Notes under the pieces: model-generated
Seen by the model: the letters and a program-made list of their open reading frames with translations, nothing else
Told to the model about the DNA's origin: nothing
The model's database searches: none
Assembly: GCF_009914755.1 (NCBI RefSeq)
Contig: NC_060928.1
From: the human T2T-CHM13v2.0 reference genome, Homo sapiens
Reading direction: 5' to 3' (one strand)
DNA: 64,000 nucleotides
Shown: piece after piece, positions 38,294 through 53,506 of the stretch
Position numbering within the stretch: position 1 is the first letter of the stretch
Layout of the letters: the number at the start of each line of letters is the position of its first letter
Position numbers and translations under genes: made by a program

Positions 38294-40944
38294 AGTAATC
38301 TCTATTATGAGTTGGCATATCTAAATTTTTAGTATAGGTATTATGATCATCATTTTTAGTTTACGTTACAAATTATTATTTGTTGTGTATAAAACTTTGA
38401 TTGACATATTGATCACCCATCCGGAAAAATTTGCAAACTCATATGTTAATTTTAGAATTTTCCCGTGGTTTCTTTGGAGTTTCTGAATAGAAAATCTGAA
38501 AATAGTCATGCTTTTGTTACTTCATTTTTCAATCAATTTTCTTTCTTTTTTCACTTTCATGGTTAGGGCTTCAAGTACAATGTTGAAAAGAAGTGATGAC
38601 AGTGTATCTGGTCTAAAAGCAACTGCTTTAATACTTTACCATACAAATTATGTGTACTTTATTATTTTATGATGCCCTTACTTGAGGGCATTTTGCTTTA
38701 AATTTCTAGTAACTTAATCACAAATTGATAAAGATTTTTACTAACACTCTTTTTTTCTATCAAGAAAATAACATACATTATATTTTTCTTCTTTTGTCTG
38801 TTAATAGGGATCAACCCAACTATGTAAGCTTTGCCTTTTCTTTAAATTTACTACTGGATTCATTTTGCTAATACTGTACTGTGTACTAATGACTAGCCTG
38901 GTAATTTTCATTCTCCTATCACTCTCCTTGCAGGTTTTGGTATTAAGGTTTTGTTAGCCTTATAAAATAAGGTAACAAATGCTCCTTCCTTTACCTCTGT
39001 AAGAATTTATGTAAGATCAGGTTTATTTACTATTTGATACAACTTGCTTGTAAGGCCACTTGGCTCTGGTGTTTCATTTGTGTAAGGATTTTAAAATACT
39101 GACTGAAATGTTTAATTGGTAGAGAACTATTAAAGATTTTGAGTCAATCTTGACTCAATCTTGCTACAGTATTTCTAAATTTTTTTTTATTTTATAAATT
39201 CACTGGCATGATAGTCATTATAGCTCTTTAAATTATATTTTAATATCTGCATCATGTGTATTATTTCTCTTTCTTCCTTAAAAATATATCCATATATTGT
39301 TTGTGTGTGCACGTTTCTGTGTTTGTATGTGTGTGTTTATGATTAGCCAAGGCTTTGTCTGTTTTATGATTATTTTCAAAGAACCAACAGGATAGTTTGA
39401 GTTATGTGGCAGGTATATAAAATCTCACAGGGTTCAAGTGGAAAAGTAGGCCCCAAAGAATCCACACAGAAATCCTAAGTCACTTCTGCACACAATTTCT
39501 TGGTCAGAATAAGTTGCAAAGCCATGCTTGAATTCAATAGGGTGGAAAGTGCCTGGAAGCAGAATAAGAACAAAATGTGAAAAGCTCTGATGACATCCAG
39601 GCCTATGCAAACTTTTGACTATGTTCACATCTCTGTTGAATATATTTTTCATTGATCCTGGCTTTGATCTTTATTAATTCCTTTCATCTTTTTCAAAGTT
39701 TATATTGCCGTACTGCTTATGAACTGCCTAAGGCAGATATTTAACACAGTAATTTGCAACTTTTCTTATTTTTAGATAAGTATTCAAGGACACATTTCTA
39801 ATTTCTGTTTAAGCTTCAACTCACTAATTTTGATATCACATGCTTTCATTATGATTCTTTTCAAACAGCCCTACAATTTCATTTTGATTTTTTCTCTGGA
39901 TATAATATTTTAAAAATCACAAAGCAATTTTTATTGTGTTCTGAAAACATTTGATTTGCACTTTGCTATTTTTGTCTCTATTCATCAGTCGCTGAGAGGC
40001 CTGTGGAAATATCTCAATTTTAGTGTGGGTTTGTCATTTTCTCCTTAAAGTTCTACAAAATTTTTATTTATATGTTTCAAACCATGATATTAAGGGTGCC
40101 TCAGTTAAAATATTACATATTTCTGGTTTTAAAAGGCCTTATTAATACATAGATAATAACTGTGAGTCTACTAAGACATTTGCCTCAAATTCACATTTGT
40201 ATGATATTAATATGACTACATCAGCTTTCTTTTAATGAGTATTTGCCTGGTTTATTTTTTTCTTCTCTTTTTTCCTGTCACATTTTCTGTATGTTTACTT
40301 ACCAGTAGGTCTCTAAGCAGCAAAAAACTGTATTATTATTTGTTAACTCAGTCTAATAAACCCTCACCGTGAAAAGTATTTAGACCATATACAGTGCATA
40401 TGATTAGTGGTAGGCTGACAGTATTTCTATGACCTCAATATGTACAATTTGTCTAATATTTTCTGTTTCTACTTTTCTTAAAGTCTTTATTAACTTTACA
40501 GTGATTTTTTTCACATTCCACTTTTTGAATTTTACATGCATACTTAATATTTTACATTTTGTAAAATGTAAAAACTAGGTCCTTTAGAACCCTTTAACTC
40601 GATCTCACAGCTCTAAATATACGCATTCTAGGAATTTCTTTTTTTTTTCTTTTTTTTTTTTCGGTCTAGGAATCTTTTCTTTACCCAATCCCTGCACCTG
40701 AGATCACTTTCTTTATATCTGCAATACATTCTTCATATTTATTTTAAGTGAAAGTTTGTTGGTAATAAATGCCATCAACTTTGTTTGCTGGATTTTTTTC
40801 AATTTTTCTTTTGAACTTGAAAAGCTATTTTTTTTTTTTTTTGGTGTAGAATTTTAAATTGACAGCTATTTTTTCTCAGTTCTTTCTTCACAGTATCCTA
40901 ATGGCTTATGGCTTCCAAATGATGTTGTTAAGAACCAACTCTCA

Positions 40945-41238
<294 letters not shown>

Positions 41239-43039
41239 AATCAACTCTCAGACTAATTTTTGTTCCCAGGTGATCAACATTTTTATTTGACTGTTTTAAA
41301 GATACTCTACTGTTTATGTTTTGCAGTTTTACAGGTGTATGTGTATGTGAGGCTTTCTTTTCATTTGTCAAGTTTGAGATCACGTAGAGTTTTCTGATTC
41401 TGAATATTGTCATCTTTCTGCCATCCTAAAATTTCTTTCATTATATTACCAAATACTTTGTCTTCTGTGTAATCATTCTGACATTCAAGTAGCTGTATAT
41501 TAGATTTGTTCTCTGTATTCTACATGTTTCTTAGCCTGGGAAGTTTTATTATTTTTTTTCCATCTCTGTGATATGTGCTGGATAATTTCTTTGCCTCTAT
41601 CTTCCAGTCACTTATGTTCTCTTTCTCTTTGACCACTCACTTAAAAAACCTTTGTGTTATATAGATGTGTACATATAGAAATATACTTTTTACTAGTAAT
41701 AATTAGTCCTGTCTAAAATCTGGTCATGTTTTTGGACTCTTGCTTCTTGGGCATATTTTCAAAACTTTCTTGTACTTATGAAATCACATTGAATATAATT
41801 TTCTTATATTCCCATGATTTCATTATGTCAAGTCTTTGAAGGTGTAATTCTACTGTCTGCATTATGTTACCTTTCAGGTGTAGTGCCCCATTTTTAAAAT
41901 AGCATATACTGGTCACATTCTTTGGAATAATTTTCCTGTGTTAATTCCTTGAGAATGTGTTGCAGTTGCATTTATTCAGTGGCGTTTTGCATATACTCAG
42001 GAAGGCCCTGTCAATCCTTGAATATTATGAATTAAATTACTTGCTTGTACTTGTAAAATATACATGCAGTTCATATTTGGGCTTTTATCCTCTTGATGTC
42101 CAGCTTTGATTATCACATGCTGAAAGGACATTCCTTTTACCCCTTAGGAACAAAAACAAATTATGTAAAGGCACGTTTTCACGGACTGGATTGTTTCTCA
42201 TTCATCTACACTTTGAGCATTCTGGCTTTATTTGGGTTGCTTCTATAAGACTTTTCACCTTGGGTAGGCCAGCCTATCTTCTTCTGAATGCTGGCTATGT
42301 CTTTCATAATGGAAGCTCCAGCATACCTAAACAAATATCCTCAAGAAGACTTTGTAATTTCCTTACACCCCAAGGTGACTGTATCCCATTTAATTTTGGC
42401 TTTTGTATATATCTTATACTCTTTACATATGCCATTTGTTTATAAAGATTTTAAGTATTTATTTTTATCAGAATATAATTTAGTGCTCCTAGAAAGCTAG
42501 CGTCCGAAGACAGGATGCACCATATAAACCATAACAGAGAAAAAAAGCAATCTGTAAGCAAACAAAACATTGAAAAAGAACCCCTAAAAAAATTGAAGAA
42601 ATGAACAAAATAGAAATGTGAAAACATAAAAGAATGAAAAATTAGAGATACATTAAAAATTGGAGTAAAACTAACACATAATGCAACATTAATCTCAATA
42701 ATTTTAATAATGCTCATCCATTGAAATACTAAAACTGGAAGACTGCACAAAAATTACTCCTACCATCCCAATAACAACAAGCAACCAAGAGCTGTCCAAA
42801 AGACAAAAATACTTAAAATAACACTATGCAAAAAAAGCAGAAGATAAAGTTTTTAAAAAATGCTACCCTAAGTTAATATGAACCAAAATCAATCTATGGT
42901 AGGAATTTTTTTGTCGGATAAAGTTAACATCAGAATAATAGAATTTAATAAAATAAGAATTTAGCCAAAGGACAGGCATGCCCAAAAGATAACATAACGA
43001 AATGATATTACAATTGAATGAGCTCTTTTTTGATAATTT

Positions 43040-43460
43040 TCTATATCCAACAACCCCAGCCTGTCAATGGCTAACAACAACAACGTATACATGTCTTACT
43101 GACCGACATAGGTCAAGTATGCCTCTGCTGCACTCAGCTGAAATCAGCTGAGCTTGTCATTGGGTACAGGTATGCTCTTTGGGTGTCCTCTTTCTGGGTT
43201 TAAAAACTACCCAGGGAGACATTCTTCTCATTAAGGAACTCAGAGGTATAAAAAGGCAATTCCAAACCAGTCAAGTTTATTTAAGCCTCCATTCACCTCA
43301 TGACTGCTAATACATATGGATGAAACTATGTCAAATGACTAAGCTCAAAGTCAGTAGGTAAGGGACGCATTTTCTACCTTCTCTCCAATGATGCTTCACC
43401 AGCAAGGCTATGGATGTGTAACTCTAATGACAGGGGGAAGCAAGGAATTGGAAAAAGAAT
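43040..43460 (-). mobile_element. Old MLT1 LTR remnant
   Basis: GGCTAACAACAACAAC...GACTAAGCTCAAAGTCA...CAAGGCTATGGATGTG. Confidence 0.55.
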
Positions 43461-43486
43461 TCAGTCAACTTCAAGGATCTGGAGCA

Positions 43487-43838
43487 GCCAAGCATGGTAG
43501 CCCATACCTGTAATCCCAGCACTTTGGGAAGCTGAGGTGGGAATATCGCTAAAACCCAAGAGTTTGAGACCAGTCTGAGCGACATACTGAGACCCTGTTG
43601 CTACAAATAATAATAATAATAATATTAATAAATAAATAAATAAAAAGTAATTAGCTGGGTGTGCAGCTGGGCGTCTGTGATCCCAGGTAGTCAAGAGACT
43701 GACGTTAGAGGGTTACTGTAGCTCGGGAGGTTGAGGAGTCATGATCACCACTGTACTCCAACCTGGGTGACAGAGCGAGAACCTGACTCAAAAACAAAAA
43801 CAAAAAAACAAAAAACAAACAACAACAACAAAAAACAA
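43487..43838 (+). mobile_element. AluJ-like with expanded (TAA)n linker and (CAAAAA)n tail
   Basis: Diverged Alu dimer. Confidence 0.9.
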
Positions 43839-44237
43839 AGGAAACATATTTGGGATTGATTTTTTAAAAATACATATATACGTATATGTATGCATACACA
43901 CACACATTGCTTTTTCTTTTTCTTTTTTATTTTTATTGTTTTAGGGAGAAGGGGAGAGAGCTGTGCTAAATTTGGTGCCAGTTATTCCATCTTAGTCAAA
44001 AGCAGATTCCACCGTTTCTTTAATTTGCATTTTCCTCCCACTGGTAGGAAATTTGCAGTGTGCGTATTTTCCTATTCTTTCATTTATTTCCCCCCCAGAG
44101 ATAATACCAGATTCTTAGTTTGAACAATCTCTTTCTAGATGTAGAAAAAATGAAAACTAGAATTAAAAGTGTAATAAAGATAAAAATGTGATGAAATGGT
44201 TCTTACAAGGCTGGAATGCTGAAAGTATGAACCTTAG

Positions 44238-44584
<347 letters not shown>

Positions 44585-45327
44585 AGGAATTTCCTTCAAG
44601 CAAAATGAAAGCTACTTTGTCATCCACCCATTCCCATTTTGCTCCTATTGATACTACTCCACAGTATTCCTTGACCTCAACTCCCCTTACTCATCACCTT
44701 CCATTTCCATGCCTCCATATTTATATTCAGTGGTTAGCATATGTTCCCAAACTCATGGAAAGTTCTTATCAACATTCCAGTCAGAAGAAGGCCTGTCTGC
44801 AGTGTAAACCAGACATTACTTTACAGTGAATGCCAACTACACCATGTAGAACAGTCAAAATTTCCTAAGAGTAATGGAAGAATTCTAAGAGTAAATGAAA
44901 GAATGTAATCATGGGAGAAAGCTGGTAAAATGAGATTTAACCTTCTGTTTTGTCCTAAGTTGACTTTACTTTATATGGAACAAATTATTATCCTTCATGA
45001 TATATGTGAAAAATGTTTAAGTCACCTCTTTCTGTTCATCTTGTAAGAAAGAAGAGGGAAGATATTTTATTGGTCATGGTCGCCTTGACAAAAACTAAAC
45101 ATTTAGATCTAACTATCCATGCTTAAATCACAGCTTTGGTTCTGAGAGAAAACAGGAGAGAGTGAGTGAGAGTTTAAGTGATTTTTGAGGTGATGAGATA
45201 TGGTACCTTAAGCAAAGGTATTAGCATTCTTCAATTCTTAATATTAGACACTACTAGGGATGATATCTTTAGAGTAATTTGGCAGCATAGTTAATCCTCT
45301 GATCACATAGAGCCACCAGCTGATTGA

Positions 45328-46445
45328 CTGTATTAGTTGTTCATTACTGCATAACAAATTACCCCCAAAATGTAGTGGGTTAAAACAACAAACATTTTTC
45401 ACATTTTCTGTGGGAGTGACCTGGATTTGAAATTTGCTCAAAAGCCATTTGTTAATTTTCACCTCTTTTGCAATATGGAGAGGCTGAGAAATTTCAAAAC
45501 CGATCCCTAGTTACCATTAGTTAACTGTTCTTCCCTCAATTTATTTCTCTCCTTCGACATTTTGGAATAAGCATCAAAAAGAAAGCAAGTAGCATTTTGA
45601 ATACTTAGCTTGGAAATCTCCTGAGCTAGATCACCCCACATTTTATACTTTCCATGTTAAGGAAGGTAATACTGTTTCTAAGACTTCTATCCCTTTAGAA
45701 CAAAGATCCCCCTTCCTTCTGTTTCCAAAAACATGTTCCTCATTCTTCATTTCCTTTTGACCTCCATTGACTTCCTCAATGTCAAGATTTCTAATGAATC
45801 TGTTCAAAGAAACAGGCTTTTCTTAACATGCTTCCCATATTCCCTTCAGCCTCTGCTCAATGCTAATCCCAAAAATACTTCCAAATGTTTAGGTATTTGT
45901 TATGTCAACACACTACTTTGAGGCACCAAAATATGTATTAGTTATTTAACAATGCATGAGAAATGATCCCAAAACTTAGCAACGTAAACCATTGATTATC
46001 TCACAATTTCTGTGCATCTGAAATCTGCATGTAGCTTAACTGGATCCTCAGGCTCAGGATGTCTCCCAATGCTGCAACTAAGTTGTTGGCTAGAGGTGCA
46101 GTCATCTCAAGTCTTGAATGGGGGGTGACTCACTTCCAAGCCCAAGCCCATATATGATAAGGACTGAAGACCACAAATGGCCACAATCCACATGGCCATT
46201 GGCAGGCTCAGGTCCTTGCTATGTGGGCCTTTCCACAGGACAGTTCACAACATGGCAACCGACTTCCCCTAGGTTGAACCCAGAGAGAATGTTGGAACAA
46301 GTAAGATGGAATTCACAATCTTCTTCTAACACAATTCAGAAGTGACATTCCATCACTTTTTGTTGTATTCTCTTTCTTAAAAGTGAGTCACTAAGTCCAT
46401 CCCACATTCATGTAGAAGGGATTACACAAGGATGTAAATATCATG
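45328..46445 (-). mobile_element. MLT1 MaLR: LTR fragment, internal remnant and LTR
   Basis: Two TGTATTAGTT LTR ends (~45328, ~45934); GGCACCAAAATA internal/LTR junction just before the second. Confidence 0.75.
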
Positions 46446-47079
46446 CACAATGGAAAAGACATTTAATGAAATGCAAGGGTTTCTAATCTATTTTTATACA
46501 CATAGGCTTCAAATTATGTAAAGTCAAATTCATGTTTCTTTTTCCTTATGTACCAAGAATTGCAGATAAGGAAGTATGAAAGAGTAACATCTAGCAAAAA
46601 TATCGACATGTTTATAACATACATAATGAAACATTCAGAAAATTGTGCTGAAGTAAAAACAAATATGAAAGGCAATGCATATAAATCTTGTATGTAAAGA
46701 CAGAAATTATGGAGAATGATCTCCATTCTGTCCTAATTATCCTATACATCTGGCCAAACCAACCTTATAGCAAATGAAGAATGACAGCAATGGTTTCATT
46801 CACATTCGTATTTAGAACCACTGTGGTTCATGTATGGTTTTACGACACGTGTCTTCACTGCGGAGCCCAGTTAATGGTGCTGTTCTTATCTGGAACACTG
46901 CTGTTCTTGTGACAGATAAAGCCTAGGAAAACGCCGTAGAAATGTGATAGCTTTTCAGCTTCTTGGAGGCGCATTGCACTTCTGCTCATGTTTTACTAAT
47001 TTAAACAAGTGACATTGTCAAGAAGGACATCAGTATGGTGGGGCAGTACAATTTACCATAGGAATGAGAACTGAAAGTC

Positions 47080-47905
47080 ATATTAGTTTTCTATTGTTAT
47101 AACACATTACCACAATCTATTATCTACACACTCAGTATTCTACCATTCTAGAGGTCAGAATTCCTAAAGTCAAGGCATCAACAGGGCTGCCTTTCCTCTA
47201 GAAAGAGGCTCAAGGGGGCAACCCCCATTTTATTCTTTATGTAGTTTCTAGTGGCCACTGCATTTTTGACTACTGTCTTCTTCCTCTGTCTTAGAGGCAA
47301 CAGAATAGCATTTTCAAATACCATTCTCTCTCCCCTTTCTCTCCCCTCTCTATTCCTCTTCTTCCCTTCCTCTTCTCTTTTTCTCTCTGTCTCCTCCTTT
47401 CTACCTCTCCCTCTCCTCTCTTCCCTCCTTCTCCTCTCTCTCCCCTCTCCTCACTTTCTCTTCTCCTTCCTTGCTCCTCTCTTCCTTCTCTCTCTTCTCT
47501 TTTATCTCATTCTTATCTCTTGTCCACTTTCTCTCCTCTCTCTTCTGCCCTTTGTCTTCTCACTCCCTTCCCCTTCAGCACTCTGTCTTTCCCCTCTTCA
47601 TCCTCTTCTCCCTCCCCTCCTCTCCCTCTCTCTTTCCTCTCTCTCCTTCCTGCTTCTCTCCTCACATATCCTTCTGACCCTCCTTTTTGCCTCCCTATTG
47701 AAGATCTTTGCGATTACAATGGGCCAACTAGAAAATCCAAGATTCTCTCCCCATCCCATGATCCATAAATGAATTATATCTGCAATCATATTGGAAAGCG
47801 AATAATATCTGAAAAAAGTTTATTTTTTCATGTAATGTAATACATTCACACGTTCTGGAGATCATAACATGGACATCTTGGAGGTACCATTATTTTTCAC
47901 CCCCA
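47080..47905 (-). mobile_element. MLT1 LTR interrupted by a CT-rich tract
   Basis: TTCTAGAGGTCAGAA...AAGGCATCAACAGGGCTGC; GATTACAATGGGCCAAC...AACATGGACATCTTGGAGG. Confidence 0.7.
47325..47695. repeat. ~370 bp polypyrimidine low-complexity tract
   Basis: Almost exclusively C/T on + strand. Confidence 0.95.
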
Positions 47906-47966
47906 CAATTATAACACCAAGCTTGAGATCAGTGGGACAGAGAAAATGAAAATTTGAAAATAAAAA

Positions 47967-48030
47967 TGATAGAAAGATAGATAGATGATAGATAGAAAGA
48001 TAAATGATAGATGATAGATAGAAGATAGAT

Positions 48031-48074
<44 letters not shown>
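47967..48074. repeat. Compound (GATA)n STR with pure (GATA)11 at 48031-48074
   Basis: Direct count. Confidence 0.97.
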
Positions 48075-48076
<2 letters not shown>

Positions 48077-48079
48077 CTG

Positions 48080-49230
48080 TCCTCTTGGTCATGAACATCA
48101 TTTCCTTTCCATTTACACGCAAATATGCTCAGACCCTTCCTACAGGAAGTACGTCCATGAGTCCCAGTATAGCATCAGGATCAATGTCCAGAGTCACAGG
48201 ACATTTTCCAGGTCAGACCTGCGAGTAGCTTATCTTGATCTAGATACCAAAGAATTCAAAGGACACATGCAATAAATAGAGGATAACCTTGACAAGCTGT
48301 CTTGTTCACAAAGGGGAGGAATGACAGTTTCAGAACAGATACTTTTCCATAACAATTATGAAATCCCTCTGGGGGAGGGTAGTATCCTTGACCACTCTTT
48401 TCGATGAACCTTGCCTCTGCCTTCTTGATTCTTTATTAATATCCTCCTTGGTTCCATGAAAAAAAGGCAATAGAGAAAGTCTCTCCTTGGGACCTAAGCA
48501 TATTTTCCACAGGAATTTGGTGCTCAAGGCCAATCACTGGTGAATGGTTTGAGGATTTACATCTCTCAGAAACCTTTATCCAATCAGCTCCATGTGCCAG
48601 TAGCCATACACAAAGTTTTGTAGCAAATGTTTTTCCAGTTTTAATTACAGACACTTTGAACTCAAAAATATGGTATGTTAGACTTTTTCCTCTGAACCAC
48701 TTTTAACCAATTGGAAGTATTTACTGGATAGCAATGTAATCAGAGTTAGAACATTTAACAGAGGAATGGTGGTCATAATGTTGATTCAGTCTTTACCAGG
48801 AGACTGGTTTTATTCTATTTTGCCCCATCATGTCTTCTCAGTTTTGTTTTCACAGTTAGATGGTGATTAGCTACATCTCTCAAATGTGCAAGTCCCAAAA
48901 TATAGGCTCATCGAATTTGTTTTAAAATTGTATTTGTAAGGGACTTGCTTTTCTGAACTTATCTTGTAGTACTCTTTGAAATTCAGCCAATGTTGAGACA
49001 TTTTATTCCCTGACTTATTCAATGAAAACCAAGGACTTATTTAGTACATTATCTGCCTTGTCAGTTGCATAGGAGACAATTTTATGAAATGATCCACCAT
49101 CACATTGCATTAATTGATGATTTTCCAATCTTCAAATAAAGTTTCTTACTCTTCAGTGCCCACCACAAGAGGCTATGCTACTTTTTTTTTTTTAATAAAT
49201 GTAGAACCCCACTGGTAGTAATGATATCTT
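48080..49230 (-). mobile_element. Probable MLT1 internal remnant
   Basis: CCTTTATCCAATCAGCTCCATGTGCCAGTAGCCATAC and GAACCCCACTGGTAG resemble antisense MLT1-int. Confidence 0.5.
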
Positions 49231-52200
49231 TATTAGTACATTTGGGCTAGGAATAAACTATCCCCAAGTCTCCAAGAAATGTAGCTTATGTCTATTTATA
49301 GCTTATTTTATGTATCTAATTTGGATCAATTTCTCTTTTCTGTATTTCCTCATTCTGCACCTAGGCTATAGAACTCATTACACTATAAATTACTAATTAC
49401 AATGTCTCATTTGTGACCTAGCACAAGTTTTGGCACATAAAGCGCTTTTATATATATGTATGTACACATATTTCTATATGTACATATTCATCTTATACAT
49501 AAGAAATTTTGTTAGTAGAAAAATGGCATTTGAAAACAGGAAACATACTACTATAAATATGTGAATGTGTATGTGTGTTCACATATGTGTATATATGAGT
49601 TAACACAAAAAAAGTTTGATTTGTCAAATCAGATTCTCATGAATCAGATTCCTTATGAAATACTTTCTAATAATTCTAAAGTAACAAGTGGCAATGCACA
49701 GTGGAAGCGGGGATTTGGCTGGGATATTGGGGGACCACCACCCATCTTTGCTTTAGGACATGTGATTTCTGGTTGGAATGATGGATGAGATCTCTAAGGA
49801 GATTTGTCAGATGCTTCACAAAGAGAATTTTGCTTATAACTCGTGTAGTTGTAGCTTATAAGACATTTTCCAAGACAAGCGTCTCATAAATCCAGTGATT
49901 CTAGGTTTGCTTTCCAAAAGCATCTTACACTGCAGGCAGTCTGCTTAAGCATTTCATAGATAAAGACTCTTCTCATAGCAATATAATTAGTCTATTTGCC
50001 AAGAGGTCCAATTATCAGCATGTTTTCAGGAAGATTAGCCTGGGTCATCTGCCTTTCTTCTCTGGGAATGTCCCATAGGTAAGGGGAGAAAAATGAGCTA
50101 CAGCCCAGTTGCTTTTACTCCTTAAAACATTGGTGAAATCAAAACATGGAAATAAAAGCCTCAGGACTAATTTATATTTGTAGAAAGAGCATGTTATAAA
50201 AGAGGCTAAGTACATTTCATCGAATTTCGTAAAATATTCTAGACTTTAGTAGACATGTAGACAAATGGTATAGAAAACAAATTGTAAAGTTAAAACAAAA
50301 CAAAAATATATCTTAATTCAAGTAATAATAGATTTTGTTTGCTACTGTCATATAAATAAAAGTAACAATAAAATATTGAGAAAATAATAAACATGTTATC
50401 ATTTTTCCTTTGCTCATGTCACTGTAAACTAATAAAATGGCTTAATTAACCAATTTACCAGTAGATTAAAGAACTAGAATCTACATATAGTTTTTCATCA
50501 TGAAATGTAATGATTGCTAATATGTCTTATGGAGCAAATGCCACCATAGGTAAAAAGCTATAAATATAAAACAAGAATATAAAAGTTTTAGTATTATTTA
50601 TAATTAAAACTTACGATAGTTAAACTATAATATGATAGGTAAATATATGAAAGGTAGCAACTCCATGGCAACGTGGAATTGACTGCCTTGGCCATTGTCT
50701 TTGTAAATGAATTCCAAGTTTACATCTCTGTCTGTAGCTGTAGTTGATTATTTTTATTCTCTTTACTGTTAAGATGTCATAAACATTGAATGTTTTAAAA
50801 TTATTATTTATGTATGTAAAAAGTAGTAATAGGTATTGTATCTAAATTTTGGACAACAGTAATAAAATTACTAGAAATTAGAAATAAAACCAAATTTTAA
50901 TGCCAAGTAATACCCGGAGTAAATACTCCACAGGACTGTAAGTACATACTCATGCCAGAAAAACAGGTGGCCCCAGAAGGATGCAATATATGAATGACAA
51001 GTATTTGCTTTGCTCAAATTCCTTTATAATATATTTGGAGTACAAAGTGAATTACAAGTCAAAATTCATTTAATCATTAATAATAGAAGTGCATTTTATC
51101 TCAGTGTTTGTTTTAAACATCATTGATTTCTAATAGCTTATATTCATTTTATTATCTCAGAAATTCCTAAGCACACAGTAGGCCTTGCTTGTTTGATTGG
51201 CATCAACTTAATGTTAAAAGAGTAATGATTTGATTAGGATGTACTTTGAGGAGCCCAATCATTTTGTCATAATCAGCAATTTGTGTTGAACAGCATTAAG
51301 GTTTTTATTTAAATAATACCAAATTGTATACTCTGATTAGAATCCTTTTTTTCAGCATTAAAGGAAATAACTTGAAAAGCTTTCTCTTCTCCCTGTTAAT
51401 GTAACTACATTCAAAGAGAGTGAGTAGACATAAACATGGTTTTTATTGCCAACTCTTTTCATATTCATCTATACAATCAAATCCCAAGGGCAGACCCTTT
51501 AAATTTCAAATGTAAATTAGTTGATGTACTGTAAATATGGAGGAATTTCAATGCAAGTAAAGGTTTTCAGAATATTTTAGTTCATATATAATTACTATAA
51601 ATGTTTGGTATAATCCATCCTGCTTTTACTTTATTACTCTTCCCACATGCTGAAAAGGTGGAAAACTATAAGTTACACTAAAGCACTAGAAATAGAGCTA
51701 TACCAACCTAAATTGTTATAGCACAATCAAAACTGTGAAATACAGCTTTAGAATTTTTAAAAAGAAGAATAAAGCTTTCTGTATATTGAGATACCCAATT
51801 TAGGATTCATTTTAATGCTACCCACTTAAATTGTTTTCTGTTTGGTATAATTACTCAAGGGTTGTTCATGGTACTCTCCAGCCTGGGGTGAAGGAGAGAG
51901 GGATGTTGGTTGGCATGAGCATATTATCAGCAAAGTATACAGTGGCAGAATATAATTTTGTATAACCAAAATAAGCAACTAGATTTCCAAGTTGTGATGC
52001 TTACCTAACAAGCTAGAAAACCAAATTTTAATATCACAAATCTATAGTTTCTTTCTCCATATAAAATGTTTATTATCAACCTCGTGGTAGCATTTCTGCA
52101 GCTTTTGTTTCAGCATTAAGGTTATTACACTTGCCTTTTCTGTTCTCATTACTAGAATATTTTATAGGTAAATCCACTCAAGGAACCTGTTGTGCTTTCT

Positions 52201-53125
52201 GATCAAAGTGGAAAGTGATTCCAGGCTATAATAAGCAATTTAATTTTTAATGAGCTTATCCGTGCCCAAGGTCATAACAAAGCTTAAAAAAAGAGTTAAA
52301 ATAAAACTACAGCAAAACACTAATGATAATGCCCAGATACGACCAGGGCATAATAATATTTGGCAGAGCGCACTCTCAAAGTATCTCAGTGGTATTCTTT
52401 TTTTAAATTTTGTTTCAGAATAGAAACTTAGCTCAAGTAAGGTGTAGAATATTAAATAACATAGACATAGATAAAAATGCATGAGACTTTTCTCCTAAAA
52501 GAAGTAAGCCAAGCTGTTTTCAGAATTTAAATTTCTAAGCTAAAAATGTTTAAGTAGTTTTACAAAACTCTGTGTTGTTAACCCATTGTTATTTCTGAAG
52601 GAGATAAAAATTTGGTATGCTGTTTTATTATCTTTTCCTGCAATTTTTTTTTAAACTTACAGCAGGTAGGATGTGGGAGTGTTTTAAACACTCAATTTGC
52701 CTTACTATTTGGATAATTATTAGTAAATACTTGCGGAGTTGCAGAAAAAATTCTTTTGATTAATTAATATTTAATAGCCTAGGCAATTGTAAAGTAATAA
52801 TGTCTATTTTAAATGATGATGATCTTGAGTTTGCACTTTGTTGTTTTTGTTTTAGTCTGAATATATTACATGATAAAGACAATAAAAATTCTTGGTTAAA
52901 ATTTCTTTTGGGAAAAATTAAGCTCATTTCTGCATAATAGATATGCATTGCTCTGGTTTTGTATTTGATATCTTCAGGAGCCATTTTAATTATTTCATGT
53001 TAATAGATAGTAAGCAATGGAAAGCCTCTAAAAGTATCTTTGGTTTAACAGAGATTTTACTTACATTGACCCTAGAGTTCCACTGATAAATGATGAAAAT
53101 TAACTAACAAAATGTGGAGACAAAT

Positions 53126-53506
53126 GGCTGGGCGCCGTGGCTCACGCCTGTAATCCCAGCACTTTGGGAGGCCGAGGCAGGAGGGTGACCTGAGGTCAGG
53201 ATTTCAAGACCAGCCTGGCCAACATGGTGAAAACCCCTGTCTACTAAAAATACAAAAATTAGCTGGGCATGGTAGTGGGTGCCTGTAATCCCAACTACTT
53301 GGGAGGCTGAGGCACGAAAATCACTTGAACCCAGGAGGCAGATGTTGCAGTGAGCCGACGTTGTACCACTGCACTTCAGCCAGGGTGACTGACAGAGTGA
53401 GACTCTGTCTCAAAAAAAACCAAAAACAAACAAATATACATATATACATATATATATATATAGAGAGAGAGGGAGAGAGAGAGAGAGAGACAGAAACAGA
53501 GAGAGA
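53126..53506 (+). mobile_element. AluS-like with tail decayed into (TA)n(GA)n
   Basis: Full dimer; GAGACAAAT at 53117-53125 and 53507-53515 as residual TSD. Confidence 0.95.

Noticed and set aside
40550-40573. Palindrome TTTTACATTTT-GT-AAAATGTAAAA and other short duplications (~5568, ~22466, ~27763, ~39143)
   Set aside because: Short and mostly AT-rich; expected from slippage or chance.
47251-47772. 173 aa Leu/Ser/Pro/Phe-rich ORF resembling a membrane protein
   Set aside because: Translation of a CT-rich low-complexity tract, which lacks stop codons by composition.
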